Shown here: positions 53,937 to 64,000 of the stretch, in pieces
How the letters are laid out: each line of letters begins with the position of its first letter
Position numbering within the stretch: position 1 is the first letter of the stretch
Source of the DNA: Eledone cirrhosa
Taxonomy: Eukaryota
Reading direction: 5' to 3'
Length of the DNA stretch: 64,000 bases
Assembly: GCA_964016885.1 (NCBI GenBank)
Contig: OZ024741.1
Coordinates: 380,308,001-380,372,000 of the forward strand
Position numbers and translations under genes: made by a program
Notes under the pieces: model-generated
Told to the model about the DNA's origin: nothing
The model's database searches: none
What the model saw: only the letters and a program-made list of their open reading frames with translations

Positions 53937-56900
53937 CAAGATACTTTAGAGAATATCAACAGATATCCCGACAAAATTGACGGTATAAATATGGCCGACA
54001 TCTCATTAACAGATGAGTTCAACAACATAACACAAATATATACGGCAACACTTCGGTCGACTCTGATGAATTATCTGTATTACAACTGCCGCCTTAGTAT
54101 GCCACATTCAATAAGGTAAATATCATTAGATTTTTGTCAGAAATAGAAAAATCATTTACAAAATTACGTTGGAGCCTCAAAAATAAAAACAAAAACAAAA
54201 GTAACAACATACGCACACACATATACAACACACATCCCAACAACAATAGACACACAGACACAAACAACAATAACAACATACACAACAATAATAACATACA
54301 CGGAGACAACAACAACAACACACATCAACAACAGCACACATCAACAACAACAACAACACACACACACACACATTCAACGCCTCTCACCACCACCACAATC
54401 TTAACAAACACACAGACACAGAAAACAGGTAATGGCAGTAGCACAGAAATAAGGGAAGGTAATAGGATTGAAAGAAGGGAGACTATGGACAGAGAAAATA
54501 ACCAAGACGAACACACAGACACAGAAAATAGAGTAGATAATAACAATGAGCCAGAGGAAAGAGACAGGAGTAATAATGAGAGACATAGGAACAACCATGA
54601 GGCTGTTGGTGGAAATAGAAATAGAAACAACACAACTAACAATAACAATAGCACTAGCACACATAAAGCAGCAGCCTGGAACTCTACTTTTGATAATCCC
54701 TCCGATAAGTCGTTCGACCTGCCACAAGTCCACGCCACGACTTTAGCTTTTAACAAACGCACGCAATTGCCGTCGCAGGTCGATGAACAATCTAGTATAG
54801 CTAGATTTAAACTTAGAAATATTATAGAACAGTATAGTAAGAAGCATAATAGAATGGAGGCCCAGCATCTGGGAGAAAAATCTGCAAATGGCTTGCGTAA
54901 GCTCATGCAGCGCTCGGGTAATGGAGAGATAGCATGCTTTCCAACAGACAAGTCTGGCAGAATGTCGGTTGACAATCTGCCAAACTACATCCAGGCAATG
55001 CAACCCCACATCACTAACACAAGAGAAGTAACACCACAAGAGCATGAGGATAGAGAAAAAGCCCTCAATGCCCATATGGTGATGTGGACAATTATAATGC
55101 AGCCCAACAAAAGGACTGCCAACAACTTTCAGGCCTGGAACAATGACGTTCCAGCGTTGTATGGGCTTCGAAAAGACCATAAAACGAGCAGTGACACTGT
55201 CACGGGACCACCAACACGGCCAGTCTGTGGAGCTAATATTGCTAGTAACTACAGACTGTCCTACTTCCTCTCCCTGATCATACGCCCCATCATTGAAATG
55301 TCCCCAGATGTCTGTGACAGCACGGAGGACCTCCTCAGCAGAATCGGCGAGAGTAACCGATCTAGGGACCTAACAAACTGCATAATAGATAGTATGGATG
55401 TTGTGTCCCTGTATCTAATGAAGTGAATTTTGCTGTGGAGAAATGCGTAGAAATGATCAGTGAGAGCAATGTTGAGTTCCGTGGGATTGATACCAATGAG
55501 CTGGGACTCCTACTTAAACTTACCTATAGTAATAATTATCTAGACACATATGACCTTAGCAACCTGTGCCCTACAAGTGCAGCAAGAGGCAGACCACCTA
55601 CCATTACCTCAATGGCCAAGAAAATCCACACAGATAGATGGAACGGGTGGACCAGAGCCATACGAACCCCCAAAAACCACGATGAACTAAAGACAATGAT
55701 TGCACATGCGGTAGAGGGCAGCATAAAATTAACCCTTAAGGGACATATGTTCAAATTTAATGGAAAAACATATGACCAAGAGGAGGGAGCAGCCATTGGT
55801 GTTAGCATTGCAGGCGACATAGCTAACTTATTCATGGTATGGTGGGACAGTAGACTTAAACTTAAACTTAAGGAACAAATAGAAGACCCCTTAACACTGA
55901 TAATGTACTCCCGCTACGTTGATGATATAAACATCGTAGTTAAAACACCCCCACTAGAGAACAGTCAGGAATTAGAGAAAAACACAATGGAAAGCATCCA
56001 GCAAATAGCTAACTCCATCCACTAGTGTATTAGAGTTACTATAGACTACCCAAGCAAACACCCCAACCATCGATTACCTGTACTAGACACAGAGCTCTGG
56101 TTAGATACCATTAATAACAAAAAACAAATCCTCCATTCCCATTATGCCAAACCCATGACTTCCAAACATCTGATCCACCGAAACTCAGCTGTTTCCGACC
56201 ATACCAAAATCAACATACTGATTGCGGATTTGGTACGGGTGATGAGAAACGTGTCCCGCATGTGCAACCCCGAAGAACTAGAGAGACACATACAACACTT
56301 CAACCACCGTATGCAGTTCTCTGGTTACAAACAGAGAGATACAATCAGAGTGTATAGAGGAGCCAGAACCAAATGGGAAAAAATGGTAAATAATGACACA
56401 AATGGGACCTGCCCCTTGTATAGGAGCAAATTTTGGAATAGAATAGAAAGAACTAGGAAAAAGGCTAATAGAATAAACTCATGGTATGATAGCAATAAAT
56501 ACCAGAGAGTAATGTTCATCGATACAACCCCTAGAGTTGAATTAGCTTACAAATTTAGAAGGGCCCCAGATAAACATAAACTCAATATTAAGATAGTAGA
56601 AAGACCAGGTACCTCCATAAAAACACTTATTAGCAAGACATACCCTTTTCAATGACCCCCCTGTATAGATAAGAAATGTATAACCTGTAAATTAAGCCCC
56701 CATATTAACTGTAAAACTAGAAATGTAGTATATAGCATAAGATGTACTGAAGGACAATGTAGAGATAAAAATATAGTGTACATAGGTGAGACAGCTCGTA
56801 GTGTAGGGGAACAGATAAATGAACACTGGCGAGACCTTCAAGATAGTAAAGAATCATCTGTACTCTACCAACATGCTAAAATAGAACATAAGGGTAAATT

Positions 56901-57245
56901 AGAGAACATAGAAATAAAAATAGAATCTACACCAGAAAAGACGCAATGTTTAGACAAATCACAGAGGCAATAAACATAAAAGAATTACAACCAAAATTAA
57001 ATAGAAAACATGAGTAGAACATCAACATCACAACTTACAATTAAGGACAAAATGAAAACACACACGCACATAGAACAATTAACCAACCAGTAACATGTAA
57101 ATAAACAAATAAATAAACGAATATAAACACACACAGACACCCGGATGCGGCGCATGCGCAGACTGAGCACACAACACACACACATAAACAAAATGGCGTA
57201 GAAAAGAGCAAAGGAGAGGCACAAAAACAAAGAAAAGAATCACCA

Positions 57246-57288
57246 GTCACTGAAGAGGTCACAGAATGTGTGACGAAAGAACTTTGAC
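57246..57288 (+). ncRNA. Minimal type I hammerhead ribozyme motif in pLTR
   Basis: GUCA CUGAAGA G GUCAC-AGAAUGU-GUGAC GAAA GAAC UU UGAC. Stem I is GUCA/UGAC, stem III is minimal, and predicted cleavage is after 57284. Confidence 0.7.
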
Positions 57289-57485
57289 AATATATAAACA
57301 ACCATCTGGTCGTGGAACCAACCAACCAACCGGAAATTTTAAAATTCCTAAATTTATAAATTTGTTATAATAAATTAAAATGAAAGCGTGTGTTTCTTAT
57401 TGGCAACATAACCCTCCCAAAGTATAACAATATCGGTTTCAACACACGTTTTCAGATAAAGAATCTTGCTAAACAAATTCAGAAA

Positions 57486-57560
<75 letters not shown>

Positions 57561-57734
57561 TTAATCCGAATTGAATTAAACATTATACCAACAGAGATAT
57601 TTATTACTCCGTTGCTACGAGCCGTCTGTATAACGTGGCACTTTTAGTTAAATTGTTGAAACCACAGATGGTCTAAAAGCTGATGAATGTATTTAAAAGT
57701 TTGTGTGCTCTCCTCTCGTCCATTATATGATATG

Positions 57735-57853
57735 ACTTCAAATGCCGCCGAGGTTAACTTTGCCTTTCATCCTTACGGGGTCGATAAAATAAAGTACCAG
57801 TAATATACTGGAATAATTGCTGGCCTTGTGCCAAAAGTAGAAAAAATTATATT
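57735..57853 (+). mobile_element. SINE, 5'-truncated
   Basis: Matches the body and tail of the 30864 copy. Confidence 0.8.
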
Positions 57854-58197
57854 ACTTTCTCCCTTCTTCCTTTGACTTCTCTGAGCGAACACACTTCTAA
57901 CCTCTGATTTCTATCCCCTGAGGTAAATTTACCCGACGCTATCATAGACAGCATTTTGCTGTCTTAACAGCTTTCTTCCAATGAGTATTCCTATTATCCT
58001 ACAAATATATACGTACGGCAATCTAAGTACATATCTTTATGTGAGTACAGCAATATTCTAACACCTTTTCATACACAGCATGTCTACATTTGTAATAAAA
58101 TCTACTTATCATGTTATATATATATGTGTGTGGTGGTGGTGTGTATCTGTGTAAAAACTAGTTTGTTTCTTAATTCATATATCCTCGTATATCGTTT

Positions 58198-58247
<50 letters not shown>

Positions 58248-58297
58248 CAGAGTTTTGTACCTTGCTTGAAGCATTGTTTAATAGGAAACACACATTT

Positions 58298-58376
<79 letters not shown>

Positions 58377-58649
58377 GTGTGTGTGTGTGTGTGTGTGTGT
58401 ACATGATGTACATGAAATTTTAGTATTCTCATCGCTAAAGGTAGCCGTGAATAGCTCAATACTATAACCACATATCGAACGCAGAGTGGGAGAGAAAGAG
58501 AACCTAAATCATGAGATAAGAAATTAGTCGGTTATATATATATATATATGGAGACAGACTTTTTGAGAATTACGAAAAAAGTATAAAAACATGGAAAAAT
58601 TAAACTAACATGCAATAGGTTAGCGTCATATAGATCATCAGCTTCCTCT

Positions 58650-58681
58650 GAGGAACTGGAACCATATGGTTCCAGTTCCTC
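58650..58681. repeat. Perfect 32-bp palindrome
   Basis: GAGGAACTGGAACCAT|ATGGTTCCAGTTCCTC. Confidence 0.95.
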
Positions 58682-58783
58682 GGATGACTAACAGCACATC
58701 CAGGAGCTGAACATATCGATGTATTGACAGAGTGAAACACACTTCAACAACATGTGTTCCTGTCTTTTCCACACCAGTTCTTA

Positions 58784-58836
58784 CTGCCTGAAGAGGTCAC
58801 AGCCAATGATGGCTGTCACCGAAATTTATATAGCAG
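58784..58836 (+). ncRNA. Type I hammerhead ribozyme motif with intact core
   Basis: CUGC CUGAAGA GGUCACAGCCA-AUGA-UGGCUGUCACC GAAA U-UUAU-A UA GCAG. Stems I, II and III all pair, and the cleavage triplet is AUA. Confidence 0.8.
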
Positions 58837-59073
58837 GAAATTTATAATTTATAATAAACGAAGCTAAATTTAACATATTTGACTTTCTTATTTTATTTTA
58901 CATTACTTCGGAGTAAACAACTAACCTACGTAATTCGTCGAGTGCTGCAATCTTCATACTGAGATGTCGGTAAACAACCAACATATACTCAATATATACA
59001 TATATAATAGGCTCCGATATCATTAGACGTGTCCGGCGAAACAATTGTAACACACAATAAATTGAGTTCAGAT

Positions 59074-59364
59074 GCAAAGAATCGCTGCTTTCACCCTTAA
59101 CGGGATCTTCTGAAACTAACAAAGTCAATCTGCGAACGTAGAAGTGAATATATCAAAAAAACGTTGCAACCGGAGAAAGACAGGAAGACGATACTTTGGT
59201 TCGTGGAAACGTTCCCTTGCAAAGAACGGGAAAAAACGAATATAATACGTCATTATTTAGAGCGGTGAAAAACAATTACACGTAAAGACAGAACCACGTT
59301 TATGGTATAAAAGAAGTCGTAGTTTCAGAAGATCCCGTTAAGGGTGAAAGCACCGATTCTTTGC
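59074..59364. repeat. 45-bp inverted repeats (59074-59118 / 59320-59364) around a ~200-bp spacer
   Basis: One mismatch between arms. Confidence 0.9.
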
Positions 59365-59498
59365 TTAAACTTTAATCCGTTATTTTAATGAATATTTGCT
59401 CTACGGTTGTTATATATTTCATATATATTTATCCATATCGAGCCCTCTGTGGATTTTAGTCTTCAAATTTATTATTATTACTATATATATAGATATAT

Positions 59499-59626
59499 AT
59501 AATAATATATATGCAGTAAGAAACACAGTAAACCGTGTGTCTAATATTACAAGGGTTCTAATATTACAACCCTTGTAATATTAGACACACGGTTTACTGT
59601 GTTTCTTACTGCATATATATTATTAT
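59499..59626. repeat. Perfect hairpin, 59-bp arms, 10-nt loop
   Basis: 59499-59557 is the reverse complement of 59568-59626. Confidence 0.95.
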
Positions 59627-59853
59627 TATAATGCTCAGTATTTTATACTTGGAGCTTAATAATTACAGGGTTTCAATAAGAGTTATTAACTCTAATTTTC
59701 ATTTATATATATATATATATATTTCAGTTATTAGGAGTATTCCAAAGCTTGGTAGAACAAGTTGTGAGGAAAGTTCTCAACATACGTTAAGGTGACTCGA
59801 CAGGTTGGTAGGGATTCTGTAGTGGAAACACGAACAAACGAGGAGTGTAATCA

Positions 59854-59980
59854 AAGAAGAGAAATAGGACGAAGGTAAACAGTTACAAAAGAATTTAATC
59901 CACGTATTAACATGAAACAATTGTTAATACGTGGATTAAATTCTTTTGTAACTGTTTACCTTCGTCCTATTTCTCTTCTT
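59854..59980. repeat. Perfect hairpin, 59-bp arms, 9-nt loop
   Basis: 59854-59912 is the reverse complement of 59922-59980. Confidence 0.95.
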
Positions 59981-60253
59981 ATATATATATATATACATAT
60001 ATACATACATATATATATATATATACAAATATATATATATGCATATATATACATAGATATATACATGCATACATATATGTATATATACAAATATATATAT
60101 GCATATATATATACATAGATATATACAAACTTATATATATATATACACAAATATATATATGCATATATATATATATACATAGATATATACATACATACAT
60201 ATATACATATATACAAATATATATATGCATATATATATATACATAGATATATT

Positions 60254-60312
60254 ATGATGGCTGCCCCTCGTTATCGAGTATGGCCATTGCACGAGGAGAA
60301 AGAAAAAAAAAA

Positions 60313-60405
<93 letters not shown>

Positions 60406-60410
60406 AATAA

Positions 60411-60441
<31 letters not shown>

Positions 60442-61282
60442 AAGAAGAAGAAGAAGAAGAAGAAGAAGAAGAAGAAGACGCACGAGGTGGCGGAGGTCAT
60501 GAAATCGCTCCCGTAAGTTTTGAATTTTTAACATATTTAAATAATTTGTGAAATAACAACTCTTAGTACAAATGCTACGTAAAGCACCCGGCTTGAGCCC
60601 AAAAAAATTCGGACCCAAAATATATTGTTATAAGGGTCAAATATTCAAATATTCAACTTTGTATTGTACACTGTATATCCAAAAAAGAAAATGGCTATAA
60701 ATGGAAGAAGAACCCCCCCCCCCCCCTCCTCTCCTCTGTCTACACTATATAGAACAGCCAAACTCACCAACACCAGAAACTAGATACACCACCCACCTCA
60801 TCACCTGTGTACACTAAACACAACAGCCAGATAACGGCAATTTCACCACCACCGCTCACTACTGCCATCATTACCACCACTATCCCATCACCGCCGCCAC
60901 CACTCTTCACTCCTTCACTGACCACCACTGCCTCGGTATCGACATCACCACCACCACTGTCTCAGTATCGCTACCGCCGCCAGTCTACCACTTCTCCCAG
61001 CTGGCTGCTGCCACCACATTATAGAATTCCTACTACTAAAAAAGAGGAAGGCATCAAAATATATAGATAGACTCAAAAGAAAAAAGAAAAAACAAACAAC
61101 AAAACCAAAGCAGCACAGCAAAAAACGAGAAAAACAAACAGAGAAAAACAAAAACAAAAAACGTAAAGAAAATAAGAATGAAGAGAGAAGCAGGCGGACG
61201 GACAGAGAAGAGGGGGGGAAAACTAAAACTAAAAAAACAAAAACTAAGTCAGACATTCGAACACTACATTACAATGAAACTT
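60254..61282 (+). mobile_element. Probable Tx1 5' fragment (5' UTR plus degraded ORF1 N-terminus)
   Basis: ggcttgagcccaaaaaaattc resembles copy 1 5' UTR ggccttgagccccaaaatttc. An A-rich context precedes ATG 60691, then a Thr/Pro/Lys-rich region ending ..SQTFE.. like copy 2 ORF1 TKTFEQVHI. Confidence 0.55.
60297..60479. repeat. Compound (A)n(AAT)n(AAG)n microsatellite flanked by the direct repeat GCACGAGG
   Basis: GCACGAGG occurs at 60289-60296 and 60480-60487. Confidence 0.85.
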
Positions 61283-61423
61283 ATGCTTATTCATGTTTGG
61301 GGCCCTTTCTGCCTGTGTGTTTGTTTGTTTATGTGTGTTCGTATACAGCGTGGTGATAATGCCACACAAGGGCCAAGTGGAACGGCGAATCCACAGATAG
61401 CTATGTAACCATACATTCGCCAA

Positions 61424-62062
61424 TCTATATATATAAAACTGAGGTTGTCTGTCTGTCTATCGATTTTTGGCACACATCTCCTCTTAAAATCTCTCACGGA
61501 ATTGCACCGAAATTGCTATACTTGTACATTGAGCCCTAGCGAAGACATTGGAAAAAATATATTTCAAATTGACCCACACTATCTGACGAAATTGAATATA
61601 ATGTATCGATTTTTGAGCGTAAGTGATCAGTTATTTCCCTTTGTTCTGTTTACATTGAGCGTCTGCGTGCAAAAATTAAAAAAATTACGCTGGCTTTCTC
61701 AGCGTTTAAAATGACATTAACACAATACACGAACAGTTGTCGAGCCAGCAAAATTTTGACCTGCAAAATTCATCAGTTCGAACACTAAGCTTCCGTTTTG
61801 CTTCATTTCCATTTAAAAGCCTTTTAAAACAATATTTTTACTTGAAAACAAGTCTATTTAAAGACTACGTAAAACAAGCAAATATTTCGTAAAAAAAAGC
61901 AAAAATTATATAAGTTTATTTAAAATATATGTATCTGTAAATTTCGTTAGGCGTGCAGACAGACAGTCGTGCAGACAGACTTTAAGCCAAAAAGGAAACT
62001 TAACATTGTAACTTTAACACAGCTACTGAGCGACCCCGAGCAACGCCGGGCTTTACTGCTAG
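61424..62062 (+). mobile_element. Non-autonomous Helitron (639 bp)
   Basis: 5' end A|TCTATATATATAAAACTGAGGTTGTCTGTCTG. 3' hairpin CCCGAGCAACGCCGGG followed by CTTTACTGCTAG|T. No TSD. Confidence 0.88.
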
Positions 62063-62115
62063 TCCTCGATAAGAGTGTTTAAATATCGAACATAAACAGT
62101 TCGAATAACGGTGAA

Positions 62116-64000
62116 ATGGAGACTAGAACGTCATGTGACAGACTCTCACCCAACAGGTGCCTCCTGGCTCAGCAGCAGGAACCTGACTGTCAACCAAATA
62201 CTGCTGATGTTGGAGGAAGAAGAAGAAGGAAAGGGGCCAGAACCAACTGGACGAAAGAATTGAATAGAACTGTTATGCAATGTTACCTGAAAAGTAACCC
62301 CAAGGAGAGGGGCTACATGAGACGGATGCATAACATCTGGAACGAGATTGGTCTATTTAAATTAGATGAACAAAAATTGGCCGGGCAGGCTCGGGTAATA
62401 AAAACTAATGGGTGGATAAGCGAGCTGGAACTGGAGGAACTGAGCAGAGAGAATGGCTTGGAGATGGCGGGTGTAGTATGCCAGACAAGCGAGCCAGTGG
62501 GAAATGAAGGTGAAGAGGTCCTGAGAACGGAGGAACCACCCGAAGCAGACAATGATCTGAATACTGAGATAAATAATACCTGGAACAGAGATACGGCCAC
62601 TGAGGGGATGAATGCTGACGGGCTAGGACAAGATTCGGTTGACATCCTAAATTTAGTGGTAGATGAATTGAACAATGATAGTGGGAGACCTATGAACCTA
62701 AGATTTGTAGACAGGAAAAAGTTAAAAGAAACAACAGCTAAGGTAAACAAAGTCATCCCATACCTTGAGGCGAGGAGCCTTCACCAGTGCAACAATATCC
62801 TCAAAGCAACAGCAAATACGGTGAGGAAACTACTTGGTATAAAAGCGAGAGGAAACAACAGACAAGAAAGAGCAGAGCCGTGGTGGAAGAAACGACTGAG
62901 TGGTCAAATCGGGGAAATGAGAAATGACATAGGAAAGCTTGAGTCACTAATGAATGGGACACTAAAAAACATATGCACTAAAAATAGACTGGAAATAAAG
63001 TACAAAACTAGGAGGAAAAAGCTAAATATTATCATAGAGGAACTGAAGCAACGCATTGTAGCAAAGAGTGCAAAAATCAGGCGATACGAGAACAGAGTCA
63101 GTCAGTATAAACAGAACCGCATGTTTGACAACAACCAGAAGATGCTGTTTGGACAGCTTGAGGGGAAAGAAAGAGGCAACGACTTGATCCCTGGGGCGGA
63201 GCAAACTAAAACATTCTGGAGAGGAATATGGGAGCAGGATGTTAGACATAATGTCCAGGCAGGGTGGATTGAGACAGTACAGAGAGAGATCGGTGAGCAG
63301 GCACACCAACAAACTGATTTGAGTATCACAGTTGAAACTCTTAAGGGGCAGGCCAAAAAACTAACCAACTGGAAATCACCAGGCCCAGATGGTGTGCAGG
63401 GGTATTGGATTAAAAATTTAACATCCCTCCACCCGAAGCTGACGGCCATGTTCAATGACTGCTTGGTGTCGGGTGAGGTGCCAGAGTGGTTGACAAAAGG
63501 TACCACAGTTCTGATAATGAAAGACCGAATCAAGGGTAATGATGTTACCAACTATAGACCTATCACATGTCTGTCCGTAATGTGGAAACTGTTGACGAGC
63601 ATTGTGTCTGAGGAAATCTACCATCACCTCCACACAAACAACTTGTTACCGGACGAACAGAAAGGATGCCGAAAGAAGTCACGTGGTACAAAGGACCAGT
63701 TACTTATTGATAAGATGGTAATGGGGAATTGCAGGAGGAGACACACTGATCTTGCCATGGGATGGATAGACTACAGAAAGGCATTTGACATGGTGCCTCA
63801 TTCTTGGATCACCAAAAGCCTGGAGATCTTCGGGGTGGCAGATAACATCAGACAGTTGCTGGGCAGGAGTATGGGGTCCTGGGAGACAGAATTGACATCA
63901 ACTGGAGTATCCTTGGGAAGCGTGCAGATCAAGAGAGGTATCTTCCAGGGAGATAGCCTGTCCCCTCTGTTGTTTGTCCTTGCCCTGATGCCCTTGACCA
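62116..64000 (+). CDS. R4/Dong-clade retrotransposon ORF (N-terminal domain + reverse transcriptase), open to the window edge
   Basis: Hand translation from ATG 62116 gives 628 codons with no stop: WTKELN..VMQCY..RGYMRRMH.IW, PWWKKRL, NWKSPGPDGVQGYWIK, NYRPITCL, EQKGC..GTKDQLLID, WIDYRKAFDMVPHSW, RGIFQGDSLSPLLF. Confidence 0.92.
   Translation, partial: METRTSCDRLSPNRCLLAQQQEPDCQPNTADVGGRRRRKGARTNWTKELNRTVMQCYLKSNPKERGYMRRMHNIWNEIGLFKLDEQKLAGQARVIKTNGWISELELEELSRENGLEMAGVVCQTSEPVGNEGEEVLRTEEPPEADNDLNTEINNTWNRDTATEGMNADGLGQDSVDILNLVVDELNNDSGRPMNLRFVDRKKLKETTAKVNKVIPYLEARSLHQCNNILKATANTVRKLLGIKARGNNRQERAEPWWKKRLSGQIGEMRNDIGKLESLMNGTLKNICTKNRLEIKYKTRRKKLNIIIEELKQRIVAKSAKIRRYENRVSQYKQNRMFDNNQKMLFGQLEGKERGNDLIPGAEQTKTFWRGIWEQDVRHNVQAGWIETVQREIGEQAHQQTDLSITVETLKGQAKKLTNWKSPGPDGVQGYWIKNLTSLHPKLTAMFNDCLVSGEVPEWLTKGTTVLIMKDRIKGNDVTNYRPITCLSVMWKLLTSIVSEEIYHHLHTNNLLPDEQKGCRKKSRGTKDQLLIDKMVMGNCRRRHTDLAMGWIDYRKAFDMVPHSWITKSLEIFGVADNIRQLLGRSMGSWETELTSTGVSLGSVQIKRGIFQGDSLSPLLFVLALMPLT

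Larger units (their letters stand above)
53206..57488 (+). mobile_element. Penelope-like element with an inverted 3'-end copy at its 5' side, flanked by (TA)n
   Basis: RT-GIY-YIG frame ~53937-57000 with few lesions: EIEK..KLRW, PTDKSG, LYGLRKDHK..TRPV, SMDVVSLY, YSRYVDD, LPVLD, VVYSIRC..YIGETARS..EH. The pLTR runs to 57488. Confidence 0.92.

Noticed and set aside
56653-56655. In-frame TGA as selenocysteine (as in Naiad PLEs)
   Set aside because: The homologous codon in the copy at ~18135 (minus) is AGA (PFQRTP), so this is a nonsense mutation. The endonuclease here is also C-terminal.
59720-59755. Additional hammerhead (GGAGTATTCC AAAGCTT)
   Set aside because: No CUGANGA, and GAAA is incomplete. 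Too degenerate to call.

Overview
AT-rich eukaryotic (animal) non-coding DNA. The repeat content resembles an octopus/cephalopod genome, which is my inference from the SINE and microsatellite style, not a database result. I found no host protein-coding exon, rRNA, tRNA gene or CRISPR array that I can support. Almost all recognisable sequence is transposon-derived. (1) 1-13.2 kb is a head-to-tail array of three L1/Tx1-clade retrotransposons on the minus strand, and every junction is an (AAT)n tract. (2) There are two R4/Dong-clade pieces, including an uninterrupted RT ORF (62116 to the window end) that the ORF track missed; a Helitron sits in its presumed 5' UTR. (3) At least five Penelope-like elements (PLEs) are present, several with hammerhead-ribozyme motifs, and one is bracketed by ~720-bp inverted repeats. 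(4) There are also RTE, CRE-like, Gypsy, piggyBac, hAT-MITE, Helitron and SINE remnants. (5) An unusual series of near-perfect fold-back palindromes occurs, mostly next to (TA)n tracts, with a dense cluster at 58.6-60 kb. The most notable signals are the apparent ATT-microsatellite targeting by Tx1, the hammerhead set, the palindrome cluster and the apparently young R4/Dong copy.
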